Part shown: in pieces, positions 1 through 10,999 of the stretch | Numbering within the stretch: the stretch's first letter is position 1 | Layout of the letters: each line of letters begins with the position of its first letter | Assembly (NCBI GenBank): GCA_002104905.1 | Contig: MCFE01000768.1 | Coordinates: 1 to 38,096, forward strand | DNA length: 38,096 bases | Reading direction: 5' to 3' | From: Basidiobolus meristosporus CBS 931.73 | Lineage: Eukaryota > Fungi > Basidiobolomycota | The notes under the pieces: model-generated | What the model was told of the DNA's origin: nothing | Databases searched by the model: none | Seen by the model: only the letters and a program-made list of their open reading frames with translations | Made by a program: the position numbers and the translations under genes

Positions 1-940
1 TGCAAAAACTGGCAGATGAGGTGCTAGACCTTGCAGTGCTGGCTGAAGACCTGAACATATGGGAACCAGTGAATGAACAGTGGCCAAAAGCTGCAGGGCT
101 CCCACCAAGACGGGGAAAAAGGGCAGTAAAATAGATGTTTGTATTGAATAGTGGATTCTAATAGAGTCACTTGTTGCATGTGGGGTTGGTCTTAATATTA
201 TTTTAGGGCATAGGGACTTGAATGGGTCAATGTAATTGGCAACTGAGATACAACTGCGTTTCAATTGACACAAATCAATTTGTATGCATGATATGTAAGA
301 GAATTAGCTAAGTCATAAAGTAAGGAGTGTGTAAAAGAGGCAAGTGTCAATCATTGTACACAAATGTAGGAGATGATAGAGTGTCTGGGATGTGCTGCTA
401 TCTGAACTTCCAATCCCAAACTACCTGACACTCCCAGCAATCCATGCTGACAGCCAACTGACCTTGGAGGTACTACTTGTGAGGAATATTCAGAGTGGGT
501 TTTTTGATTATATTCCATTTTTGCCCAGGTTTGTACTTGTACAGGCAAATATGCTTTTCTCTCTTTGTAACCATTGATCACAGCTGCTTTTTTATCAAGT
601 TACTGCTGGTGGAATTTTCAGTTATTTTGGCATTGGAAGCTTTAGTACATTGTGATCTCAAAAGATGCTAACCCTGGCAAATACTTATGTTATGGTGCCA
701 ATTAAGTTGGGGATTATAGCTCAACAGCTTTCCATTAACAAGCTTGTGGCTTTATTCCCCATCACATCAAAATAGAGACAAAACCCAAGTAGTCCTAGCA
801 AGCTTTTGCCAGAGGTTATTGCACCCCAGGAGTACCCCACACAAAAAACATCTGAGAAGTGTTGGATGTAACTCTCCCTTGGACTTATACACCACCAAAA
901 CAGCCCTTTGATGGGATCAACATGGTTATCTTCCATGGGG
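1..940 (+). mobile_element. CACTA/CMC transposon remnant (right part: ORF2 tail, subterminal region, degenerate right terminus), interrupted by an LTR-B fragment
   Basis: 1-130 matches 26896-27010 (ORF2 tail), 300-390 matches 27200-27280, and 901-940 matches the right end 27455-27499, ending CCATGGGG versus CATAGGG. Confidence 0.7.
394..899 (+). repeat. LTR-B 3' portion (Gypsy family B), 5' part deleted
   Basis: Reverse complement of ~1895-2400; ends GGACTTATACACCACCAAA, like the LTR-B end ...ACACCACCACA. Confidence 0.8.
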
Positions 941-1457
941 ACCTTGTTGGTCCATGAGTAACTGATTAATGCTCAAGTAAGCCCTATGCAGTAAAAACTG
1001 GCTGTGAACCATGCAATACCTTGCATGCTATCTGCATGCTTCATGGCTGAGAGGCTTGTTACAATAGCTACATTTTAGGTACAAATTCATGCATGTAGCA
1101 TTTATCAAGGAAAAAAGGTAGCTCAATACAAGAAGCGCACAGTCAATGTGGCAGTGAAGGACTGTGCAACAATAAAACATGAAGCAATCTCAGGAGCCAA
1201 TCACAAGCCAAGCTCAAGGCTAATCACAAACAGCAAAGAAACATTAGGTTACTGTGAGAGTGCCTGTAAGGGACAAGCAAGCAAAAATACATCTACTAGT
1301 GCAGCATTCATGAAGGAGAAATGTAGTACAATACAACACATACTCAACATCTGTAGTTGCAATAGAAATACACCAGTTCATATGCAGGAAAAGTAAGGGC
1401 ACTGGTTGAGTCAGGAAGTAAGCAGTGTGAAAAAGAGGCAATGGCCAATAAATATAC

Positions 1458-1781
1458 TGCTACTAGTCTTGGTATAAGAGTTGTAGAGGAATAGGGAGTT
1501 TAGCTAGTGTTGTATTCATTAAAACTTGAACTGATTTTTATTGGGGTTCCAGCAGCTCCTACTATACATATAACCAGATCAATTGGTGACTATTTGTATT
1601 TCTTAATATAGGCTGTGGCTGAAGACTCATTTGATTGCATCATCCTCACCCAAAAAGATCCTACTTAATAACTCTATTTCCATCTGATAAGGATCTGCTG
1701 ATTCATTTGCTGACTAATGCTACTGATTTGATAGAAAATACTGATATACTGATAAGCTAAACATATAACTGATTGGTTTGG
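1458..1781 (-). repeat. LTR-A, 3' LTR of Ty3-A (its 5' ~45 bp lost)
   Basis: TGCTACTAGTCTTGG start aligns with TGTTACAAGTCTTGG at 4251 and 7311; homology over ~320 bp. Confidence 0.85.
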
Positions 1782-1875
1782 CAGTATCTGAATAAAGTCA
1801 ATTCCCCATTTTTCAAATGGTCTTACAGGCTCCAGGGGACAGAGTTCAACAACTCTCTGTGGTTGGGGTTGTCTC
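1782..1875 (-). pseudogene. Ty3 integrase fragment
   Basis: Translates ...LCPLEPVRPFEKWGIDFIQILP, the PF-x-x-WG-x-DFI start of the integrase core. Confidence 0.75.
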
Positions 1876-1894
1876 AGTATTCCTGGAAGACCGT

Positions 1895-2963
1895 TGTGGT
1901 GGTGTATAAGTCCAAGGGTGAGATACATCCAACACTTCTCAAGTGTTTTGTGTGTGGTGTGTTCACTGGGTGCAATAACCTCTGGCAAAAGCTTGCTAGG
2001 AATACTTGGGTTCTGTCTTTAATCTAATGTGAATGGGAATAAAGCCACAAGCTTGTCAAGGGAAAACTATTGAGCTACAATCCCCAACTTAGTTGGTGTC
2101 TTAACAAAAGTATGTGCAGGGTTCATAGTCCTTTGAGATGACAATGTACTAAAGCTTCCAAAGTCAAAACAACTGTGACTCCACCAGCAGGGATTTGATA
2201 AGAATGCAGCTGTGGTAAATAGTTACAAAGATAGAAAAGTATCCTTGCATGTACAAGAACAAACTTGGGAAAGAATCAAATATAATAAAAGATACCTACT
2301 CTGAGTATTCCTCACAAGTAGTGCCTCCAAGGTCAGATGGCTGTCAGAGTGGTTTCCTGGGAGTGTCCTGTGGTCTAGGGTTGGAAGTTCAGGTAGCAGC
2401 AGGTAGCAGTGATCACACTAATTAACAAGTCAGTATATTGATAAAAGGGATGATGATTTATTGTTGAGGGATAGCCTCCCTTATATACTTTTCTCACTGG
2501 CTAAGTGATTACTAATCATAGTGTTCCAGAAGGTTCCAGATATCAACAGAAATCTTAATGACATCAGAATGACCCAAGAATGTTCCAAGTAGGTGCCGGA
2601 AGGTTCTAAGAGGAACAGCACATGCAACTAAGCAGGAATCAGTATTCTGAAACCTGTATAACATAGGGTTATCATTTATAGTATGGAAATGGTAGGGATG
2701 GTGACATGGGTTGATCGTGTGCTATGGGTACTGGCGCGGGTACTTGCCTAATATAGAAGTACTTATGGCTAGTTATATTACATAAGTGAGGGGTAAATAA
2801 TGCAATAAGGTAAGCAGGTGTGATAGTCAACCAGCTTATGGGATAGTACTGATTGAGTAAGACAAATGGGATAAAACTAAAATAAGTGTAGTAGAGATAT
2901 AAGGAAGTAGAAAATAAGGAAATGAGTACATCTGTCAGTGTGTGTCACTGTCACCCCACTACA
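1895..2963 (-). repeat. Complete solo LTR-B (1069 bp) inserted in the Ty3-A RT
   Basis: TG...CA ends; 4-bp TSD CCGT at 1891-1894 and 2964-2967. The host RT reads through as MQT-VFQEY. TATATAA (2487-2481) and AATAAA (2462-2457) on the minus strand. Confidence 0.9.
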
Positions 2964-3262
2964 CCGTCTGCATTAGGGGCATGAATGTTAAAGGGGCATT
3001 GGTGAGGCCAAAACTCATAAACAAGTACTTGTAATAGACTTGTTCCGCTGGATAGTGCCACATTGAGCCATCAGTGCCAAACGATGCCATAGAGTGCCTA
3101 TACTTGGCCTCCTTGGCACACTATGGCATCATTTGGCACTCATGGCTCAATATGGCACTATCCAACAGAACAAGTTTAATGTCCATATCTGGTCCTGAAG
3201 GCTGTCCCAGCAATGTCTTCTGGCTTCACCCTAATCTGGTTTTATCCTGATATGAGGTCAAT
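2964..3262 (-). pseudogene. Ty3 reverse-transcriptase fragment, split by a mini foldback element
   Basis: With 3036-3180 removed it reads [47 protein letters not shown], the canonical Ty3 RT segment, with one stop and one frameshift. Confidence 0.85.
3036..3177. mobile_element. Miniature (142 bp) derivative of the foldback element
   Basis: AGACTTGTTCCG...CAGAACAAGTTT termini, ~60-bp inverted arms, TSD AAT at 3033-3035 and 3178-3180. Removing it restores the RT codons GHYKY. Confidence 0.9.
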
Positions 3263-3285
3263 CTAGCTAAAACTAAAGGTGAGCT

Positions 3286-4192
3286 TCAAGTCTTCTTCAG
3301 TTCATCCTTCATGTTACTATGCTCCAGGGCTTCAATATGATTAAAGGTTCTTGATAGCTGTTGTACATTTCTTCTCTGAGGGCAGCACTTTGCAATAAGT
3401 CCCTGCTGGTGGCAAATAATGCAAAGTCCTTTCTTCTTACATTCTTCTAAGGTAGGATTCTTCTGCATAGCATCTATTTCCATTAGCACTGCTTCTTATT
3501 GTCTTCTTTCATAGTGGTTGTAGGCTCTCTGATTAGTGATTGAGGGCTTCCCAACTCCAAACATAGCTGAATCAAAGTCAATGGCAATCTTGATGGCTTC
3601 TACAATATATCTGAGGTCTTCAATAGTTCACTTCCTTAAGAGTTCTTTCTTTCAACCCATCAATAAAGTATTCAATTTGATCCAAAGGGTTCATTCTTTC
3701 AATTTGTCCAAATAGACATATATATTCATAGATGTATTCTTGGACCATTCCTTTCTGTCTGAGTGTCCTCAACTTTCTTCTTGGTAGTATCTGCTGGTGT
3801 GGGGGTTCAAAGGCATCCTTAATTTCCAACACAAACTCATTCCAGGTAGAGATTGTAGAGAATCCCATTATGGTAGCTGACCTGATCTTGTTGTGGTACC
3901 CCTGTAGAGCTGCATCTGCCAGGTAAGAGGCTGCATCATGTAACTTGCTTTCTGTTGCAATTCTTTTAGCCTTGGAAGCTACTTCAATCTGGAAGTGCCA
4001 GGCCCCCACATTTTCATTGATTTTACCATGGTACTGGTTGATCTTCACACTAAAGTTGCTCTTAACAGAGTCTTGCTGGCTTTTGGCAATGGTAGTCATT
4101 CCTTGTTGCTGCTGGCTAAGGATCTGGGGTAACAGTTGCTGCTGGGCCAGGATTTGTTGCTTAACATTCTTCCATTCTTGATTTTTGGACAT
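3286..4192 (-). pseudogene. Ty3/Gypsy gag (family A)
   Basis: ORF 3620-4192 has retrotransposon-gag features (TWNEF...F.PP, LRQKG.V.EY, FIDGL). ORF 3286-3489 has MEIDA and a degenerate CxxC zinc knuckle (CIICHQQGLIAKCC). Confidence 0.85.
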
Positions 4193-4240
4193 CTTGAGGG
4201 AAGCTTCTTCTTTCTTCAGAAGGGAGGTTTCTGGTGATTG

Positions 4241-4249
4241 CTGCTATCA
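4241..4249 (-). promoter_or_regulatory. Probable degenerate primer-binding site of Ty3-A (tRNA 3' end, likely initiator Met)
   Basis: TGATAGCAG one base after the 5' LTR end; one mismatch from TGGTAGCAG. Confidence 0.5.
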
Positions 4250-4250
4250 A

Positions 4251-4618
4251 TGTTACAAGTCTTGGCATAAGAGTTGCAGAGGAATAGGGAGTTTAGCTAG
4301 TGTTGTACTCACTAAAACTTGATCTGCTTTTTATTGAGGTTCCAGCAGCTGCTTGAATACATTTTTCCAGAACAATAGCTGACTAATTGTATTTCCTAAT
4401 GTAGGCTGTGGCTGAAGACTCATTTGATTGCATCATCATCACCCAATAAGATCCTATTGAATATCTCTATTTCTGTTTGATAAGGATGTGCTAATTCATT
4501 TGCTGACTAATGCTACTAACCTGATAGATAATACTGATCTACTGATAAGCTAAGCATACAACTAATTGATTTGACTGAAACTGATCTAACTTAAACATTC
4601 AAGCGGTAGATCATAGCA
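4251..4618 (-). repeat. LTR-A, 5' LTR of Ty3-A (368 bp)
   Basis: TG...CA ends; homologous to 1458, 7311 and 21539 copies; followed on the minus strand by a PBS-like motif and gag. Confidence 0.9.
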
Positions 4619-4869
4619 ATACCAAAAATTGGAGGTGCCCAACTGCTGGAGATTGAAAGCTGACAGAATTGGCAGAGAACTGACCAAAAGCCACTTATGT
4701 ATTGTAGTGATGAAAAATTTGGATCATATTTTGTGAAATATGAGGGGCTATTTTTTGAACCACCTTAGCATAGTGCCCTGATAAAATCAATACTTCTTAT
4801 TTGCAGAATCTCAATTTGCAACATTTAGTTGACAGGATCTTCACAATTGCATTTCATAGGGTAGCTTCT

Positions 4870-5320
4870 TAGAGGCAAAGGTAAAGGTGTCACCTTTTAT
4901 AACTGTGCTCATTGCTCCTTGAGCTCTTCCAGGCAATGTTGTATTTGTCAGCTTGTCAATTCTATGAGGGACTTGAAGGTAATCTTAAGGATGAAGCTTG
5001 GATATGGCTGTATGTGTGACTGGGTTCTGCTTCCTACCACTCCACATATCCACACCATGGGAAACTCTCAAATGGTGAAGCATTGCTCATTGTTCCCTAC
5101 TTGCTAAGCAAGTTAGAGTTGAAACTAAACACAGCAGTAGCAGATATTGCTGCATTCAGCTTCAGGCCTTCAGTGGAGCTACTTGAATCATATTGCAAAC
5201 TCCATTTCACAAAAACCTTATTCAGAAATTTTCATAACAACAATTTGAAAATGGCTTCTGATTGGTTCTCTGCCAATGTCATAACTTTCTTATCATGGAT
5301 ACTCCATCACCCCCTATAAT
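4870..5320 (-). pseudogene. CMC transposase fragment (diverged copy)
   Basis: Stop-ridden frame reads AECSNICYCC...CFTI*EFPMVWICGVVGSRTQSHIQPYP, matching the WEFPxExxCG region of the copies at 6601-6912 and 22957-23310. Confidence 0.7.
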
Positions 5321-5329
5321 TATTTGCAT

Positions 5330-5800
5330 TGACTGGTTATTGCCTCTTTTTCATACTCCTTACTTCCTGCCTCAACTAACTCTCTTACTTTTTAGGCTTA
5401 CAACTTGATTTATTTTTGTTGAAACTTCAGTTGTACCTCAATTGCTAATTGTATTGTCCTATACAAGTCCCTACACCTTACACTAATAATTAGCGCAACT
5501 CCATACTCAACAGGTGACTCTGTTGAAATTTACCGCTTAATCAGTATTTCTGCTGTAATGCTCTGTGTTCATGACATTAACAGGAACCCTTTGGCTTTAT
5601 GCCAGTGTTTGTGCACTGGTCCCCATATTCATTTAGTTGTTCCCACATGTCCTGGTCTTCAGCTGGCACTGCAAGGTTTAGCTCCTCATCTGCCAGTCTC
5701 TGCAATAAATCCTTGCAATATTCAAGTGAGTTTTCTTGGGCGCTGCTCTTAAAAAGTGCTTAACCTCTTGGTGTGCTCACTAATGCTCCAAAACTCCACT
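5330..5800 (-). mobile_element. CMC ORF2 tail plus subterminal fragment, inverted
   Basis: Reverse-complement similarity to ~26790-27250 and direct similarity to 31690-31900. Confidence 0.7.
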
Positions 5801-7047
5801 GTGTGCATTGTGCTAATCTGTTAAGTTCTTGACATGGTTACCCTATCTCATAGCAGGATCTCCATTATGACAACAATGGAGGATGTGGAGGGTGTTACAA
5901 AGCACTGTGCAAACACTTTTATATTTGTTAACTTTATTTGACTGTAAATCCTAATCAAAATAATGTTGACCTGCAGGCAGGTCCAGTTTGGATTAGCCGT
6001 CAAGATGCAATTGCACATGTAGTTTGCATCAGATAATATTATGGCCTCCTGCTTACTGTCCACTACAAATGTGCATACCTGCTGCAATTGACATACTTTT
6101 ATCACCTTAATGTTAAGGCTTCTTAATGTGATACTTGCAAAGTAGCTATATATGTTGTGTTGATGGTGGCAAATACATCTTGCAAACATGTGCTAGGTTG
6201 CCTCCACTTCTGCCATGACTGCCTCTTCAATATCTGCAAAGAACTTTTTGATATTTAGCTAGTATATTCCCTCTCTGTGCTGGATTCTGGTTCCCCTAAT
6301 AGGTGCACTCTGGCTGTTGTTTGTGTGAACTTAGTATTTAATGGTGAAGCAATTGGCTTGTAACCAAGAGAAACTAGGCATACCTTGGTAAAGTTTTCCT
6401 GATAAAAATTAGTTGCTTGTTGTACCCATCCCAACTTTGCATTACTTAACTAATTACCTGCACATTGGGGTGGCTTAGCTTCTTAATGTCATAGGTATTG
6501 ATGTCTACAAGTGCATATCTGTCCTCAGTGTTTTCTAACTCTTTCTGGCTATCCCCCATGTGCCTACTTATGACATCCATGACAGACTCAAAGGTAATAT
6601 TCATGATGAAATTGGGATATGGTAGTACTTGCACTTGACTTGTCTTTCTTTCTCCTCACACATCTGCTCCATAGGAAACTCCCAAAAGGTGAAGCAAGGC
6701 CCATTATTCTCAACACACCAAGTAAGATGGAGTATCAAATGGATGCAGTAGCAGCAGAGATCAATGCATTCAGCTTTATGTTTGTAGTATAGCTTCTCAA
6801 ATCCTCTCACAAACTCTTTGCACAAACCTGTAAGTGCATCAAGTTGACATTTGTTATCTGATTCTGGATAAATATATCTACAATGTCCACATATGACTCC
6901 CAATGCTTCCAATGGACTGTTGGTAGAAATGGCTTCTGAGGACTACATGAATACATACATATCCAGCTCATCCAGTCCTTGCACTTGTATTGTTGTGTAT
7001 GAGTATGAATGTTGATTGGCACCTGTGAGAGGTGCTTAAGGTAGTGG

Positions 7048-7759
7048 TGCAGAGGGGTCACAATGACACCCACTTCATTCTTATCAAGTCCCTGCTGGTG
7101 GAGTTTACAGTTGTTTTGACTTTGGAAGCTTTGGTACATTTTCATCTCAAAGGACACCAAACCCAGCACATACTTTTGGCAAGATGACAACTAAGTTGGG
7201 GATTGTATCTCAGTAGTTTTCCTTTGATAAGCTTGTAGCTCTGTTCCTCTTCACATTCAAGTAGTGACAGAACTCAAGTGTCCCTAGCAAGCTTTTGCCT
7301 GAGGTTATTGTGTTACAAGTCTTGGTTTAAGAGATGTAGAGGAATAGGGAGTTTAGCTAGTATTGTATTAACCAAAGCATGAACTGATCTTTATTGAGAT
7401 TCCTCCAGCTCCTTATATACATATAGCCAGATCAATTGCCAACTATTTGTATTTCCTAATGTAGGCTGTGGCTGATGACTGATTTGATTGCATCATCATC
7501 ACCCAATAAGATCCTACTAAACATATCTTTATCTGGCTGATAAGGATCTGTTGATTAATTTGCTGACTAATGCTACTGATTTGATAAATAACACTGATAT
7601 ACTGATTACCTAAACATATAGCAAATTGATTTGACTAACAACTGATCTAACTTAAGCATTCAAGCGGCAGATCACAACAATAGCACCAAGTGAGCACCTC
7701 ACCCACAACACTTGCAAAGTGTTGGACATATCTCTCCCTTGGACTTATACATTACCACA
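7048..7759 (+). repeat. Internally deleted solo LTR-B inserted in the transposase
   Basis: Starts TGCAGAGGGGTCAC and ends ATTACCACA. Flanks GTGG (7044-7047) and GCAG (7760-7763) are interpretable as one GCGG TSD after CpG decay. Confidence 0.85.
7311..7679 (-). repeat. Solo LTR-A nested in LTR-B
   Basis: TGTTAC...ACAACA. Flanks ATTG/ATAG (4 bp, one mismatch). Host LTR-B sequence GAGGTTATTG-CACC resumes on both sides. Confidence 0.9.
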
Positions 7760-8782
7760 GCAGATACTCTGTAATATCTTGCCAATTCTTTCAAATTTCT
7801 GCAGGTTCACCAAGGGCTCTTGTAGCCTGAAATGCCTCATGTACAACTTGGTCATCAGTATAGGATATTGTTGAAATGCAAATGCACTGCTCCCAGTGTA
7901 AAGCTTTTGCTCCAACAGATACCCTCTGTCTTAAGTATATCTAATTTCCAATTGATTCCAAATTCTGGCAAATGGCTTATAACTTGCCAACTTTGCTGCA
8001 ATTGCATGCTGACTTCTGTGGGAGATTCAGGTTGACAAGAATTAGTGGACAGCAGGATCTGCTGGTAGAGTACTTGTTTAATCAGATCTGTCAAGTGCCA
8101 AGGCAAAGGCACAGTCATGCACAATGGAGGCATTTTCCAGTGAGAATGCCACACAGCTGCTAACACATGCTGGTATCAGGACAGTCTCTGGGTCATATGT
8201 TGCCAGCCACATGAGAATTGTTCATTTATACCATGTGCATGGTAAGTTGCAATCAAGGATGCTTTGGCAAGAAGTATTAGTAAATCCTTAAAGCCCCTAG
8301 CACTGACATCAGTCAAAATGATCTGCTTCTCTTAGTGCAGCTAGGTGCTGTTATATAGGTCTCAGGTAGCTAGCAAGATATTTTTGGTATGGTAGTGACT
8401 GGTGAATGGTCAAATATGACTTGAGTGGCTATATCATGGCAATGATTCTGGTAATACTTCCTATGCTGTCTGTGTGCTTCATGGCTGAGCAGCTTGCTAC
8501 AGCAGCCATATGCTCTTTTTCTTTTCTCTGATGGTGTAGAATTAAAGTAGTCTTTACCATGGGGTAAGCAGTTTGATTAGCAATAGCATAATGCTATTTT
8601 ATCAATTTTTTGTCAGTACTCATGTGAATTTGAGACAGTATTGTATTAGAACCATTGCCCCTACATGATTGAAAGATTCAATGATGGCCTGGCATGGTAG
8701 GCACTATAAATAGAGCTGTCACACCATGTGCACACAAGTGTGAAACCTCAACTCCCCTTTGGTTTGACTCACTTCCATAAAC

Positions 8783-9792
8783 ATGTTGCCAAAAAATAGA
8801 GCAAAGTTATCTGGTTTGCAACCAAACCCTACTGCTGTCAGCAGCAGAAGAATGGTTGGATAGCAGCTTACTTATGATATTTAGTGCAACAAGTAGGGCT
8901 ACAACCTAAAAAGGACATGTGGACAGTTTGCCTATAGAAGGTAATATTGTGGACTCCTCAGGCTCTCAGTCAGATAGGCAATTGGGAATCTCTGTGGAGC
9001 CACAAGCTGACCATAATGCCTAGACAGATGAGAATATAGCTAACGCAGTACTTTGAGTTAAAGACCAGCAAGTGGTCATCATAATATCACCACCAGCTGT
9101 AGTAGCAAGTGTTATGTCAACTCATTCCAGAGCATTAATCAGGCAACTATGTGCAGTGGCTGATAGAATAGATGCAACGGCCCCAAGAAATCAGGACAGA
9201 GTCAGATGCAGTATGAGCAGATAATACAGCTAGAATAATCAATATCCTAGGTAGAGAAAGCAGTATATTTACTGCAAAGAAGGAATTGAGTGGCTCAATG
9301 TCACAGCCAAGATTTGAGCCATTTCCCAATATAACAGCTGTGGCACACCACACAGTCTCTGCATCACAACAGCAGTGCCGCAACATAAAGCCCAGAGAAA
9401 AGCCTATCACTGCATTGGAGGGAGAAAGTGCAGTGCTTACACCAAAGCCTAAAGGTCAAAAGACATTGAAGATCTGCAAGTGGTTGATTGTAATGCTGAA
9501 GAGTGAGCTAGTATTTAAGTGGCCTTGAGAAGTCTGGCACACCTACACCTTGAGGCCAGTGTACCATGGCTGTATTAGGAGCTCAAGGCCAAGCTGAATG
9601 TGCTTGTCTTGCTCCATGAGCACTGTCTGGGATTGAAACAAGCAAACAAACTTTGGGCCAGCATTACTGGAGCAGACTGAATCCCATTATAGCCTAGAAG
9701 AATTACCAACATTAAAACAGCGGTTTTTGCAAGAGTTGGAAGCTCAGCCAGCTGAGCCACTCTTTAGCAAGGTTTATGAGTTTGTGGAGAAA
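8783..9792 (+). pseudogene. CMC ORF2 pseudogene (copy d), lacking the tandem-repeat region and truncated by LTR-D
   Basis: Collinear with 25109-26695; ORF 9286-9528 matches 25620-25860; roughly 570 bp deleted near 9665. Confidence 0.8.
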
Positions 9793-10893
9793 TGTTACCT
9801 AGAATTATGAATTGTCTGGGGCTTCTTCTACAATGTAAAGGCTAATCAATAACATACAACAACCTCCAGTATGCTTATACGGCAATATTTTATTGCAAGC
9901 TTGATACACCATTAGAAGATACAACTCTTACAATATCCTTAATCTTAGCTCAACATATACAGTAGGCAGTTTTCTCACTTCTACAGCAGCATTTGGACCT
10001 TTTGTTGACTATTGTGCTTATTTAATCTTATTGTAAGTTTTCCTTATTGGGAAGTCCCTTTTCATCCTGATACATATCTTCCTTGTTTGGAAATGCTGGC
10101 TCCACCTTGATCTATGGGTGTTTCAAAGTGGTCTCTAAAGGAGCTTTCCACCAATGGAGTGCCTACAAGGTCTCTTAAATGGGTCTGTGAAGGAGACTTT
10201 TGACCACATAGGAGACTGGCAGGGTGTCCTTAAAGAATGTACACTCTTAGAGGGCTTCCATAATCTGGTTGGTTAGCTTGGCAGACTTAACTATGATAGT
10301 GTGATACTCAAACATGGATACTCAACAGCACAAGTGATTCAGGGGAAGTCTCAAAAACTTTGTTCTTGTAATTCCATTGTAGAGACTGCAGAGTTTGGTT
10401 CTCACTTTATTCCCCTGCTAAGAGAGTTAATATATCCAATTTCAAAGGTGTCAAAGCTTTTGGGCAATTGCTCATGCAATATATACGATAAAAAGCTATC
10501 AAATTAGAGTCTTGCTGATCAACCATTAGCACAGCACCTGTCAAAATGCATATGATTTGACAAGCATGACCAAAAATTACTGGTAAGCAAAATCATCAAG
10601 GCAATCTACCAAAAGAGCGCTAGTTTATTTCTTTATTTGTCTCCATTGATCAAAACTCTTCAGGTACTGCCTCATATGAGCTGTAACTTGAAGCATGTAT
10701 AGGTCACTATGTGATTGATAGAAAAATAATTCTCTCAGATGAGTTGATATTCAGAGTTGTGAGCATTTATCATTCAGAGTGATAGATTTTTGAGCTTTCA
10801 TTTGTATGATGCAATAGCAAAAGGCAAAATAAAGAAAATAATGCAATACTGGTCCTGAGGTATTGTAGAAATGGAAAACTCTCTACCATCACA
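9793..10893. repeat. LTR-D-like repeat, second copy
   Basis: Direct similarity to ~28260-29475, ending ...CCATCACA. Left end diverged and no TSD found. Confidence 0.7.
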
Positions 10894-10999
10894 AGTCTCC
10901 CCTAGCTTTGATAAATATTGCCCTCATTGTTACTCCTGACATAGAGCTTCTTGAAAATATTACCAGGTTGTGCAAGTGCAATTGATGTACATCTAAGCT

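Larger units (their letters stand above)
1458..4618 (-). mobile_element. Ty3/Gypsy family A element, heavily internally deleted
   Basis: LTR-A copies at both ends (4251-4618 complete, 1458-~1781 truncated). TSD ATAC at 1454-1457 and 4619-4622. Gag, RT and integrase remnants lie in order on the minus strand. Confidence 0.85.
982..4861 (+). mobile_element. Internally deleted CMC derivative (~0.7 kb once the nested Ty3-A is removed)
   Basis: Starts CCCTATG at 982 and ends TTTCATAGGG at 4861. Contains scraps matching the transposase 5' end (cf. 24780-24840), the ORF2 middle (cf. 26190-26430) and the right subterminal region on both sides of the Ty3-A insertion. Flanks AG/TA do not form a clean TSD. 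Confidence 0.55.
5848..8560 (-). pseudogene. CMC/EnSpm Tnp2-type transposase pseudogene (copy d), with internal deletions and nested LTRs
   Basis: Collinear with 21130-24887. Motifs HLILHL...GPCFTFWEFPMEQMC and YKCKDWMSWICMYS. ATG at 8560. Several segments of roughly 200-350 bp are missing relative to the full-length copy. Confidence 0.85.

Noticed and set aside
351-581. Short ORFs sharing the peptide YSEYSSQV (also 12858-13130 and 30951-31193)
   Set aside because: They are open stretches of the same LTR-B sequence; start and stop positions are not conserved and the solo LTR has stops there.
9793-10898. Solo-LTR status of the first LTR-D copy
   Set aside because: Flanks AGAAA and AGTCT do not match and host sequence differs on the two sides, so it is probably a recombined or truncated junction.
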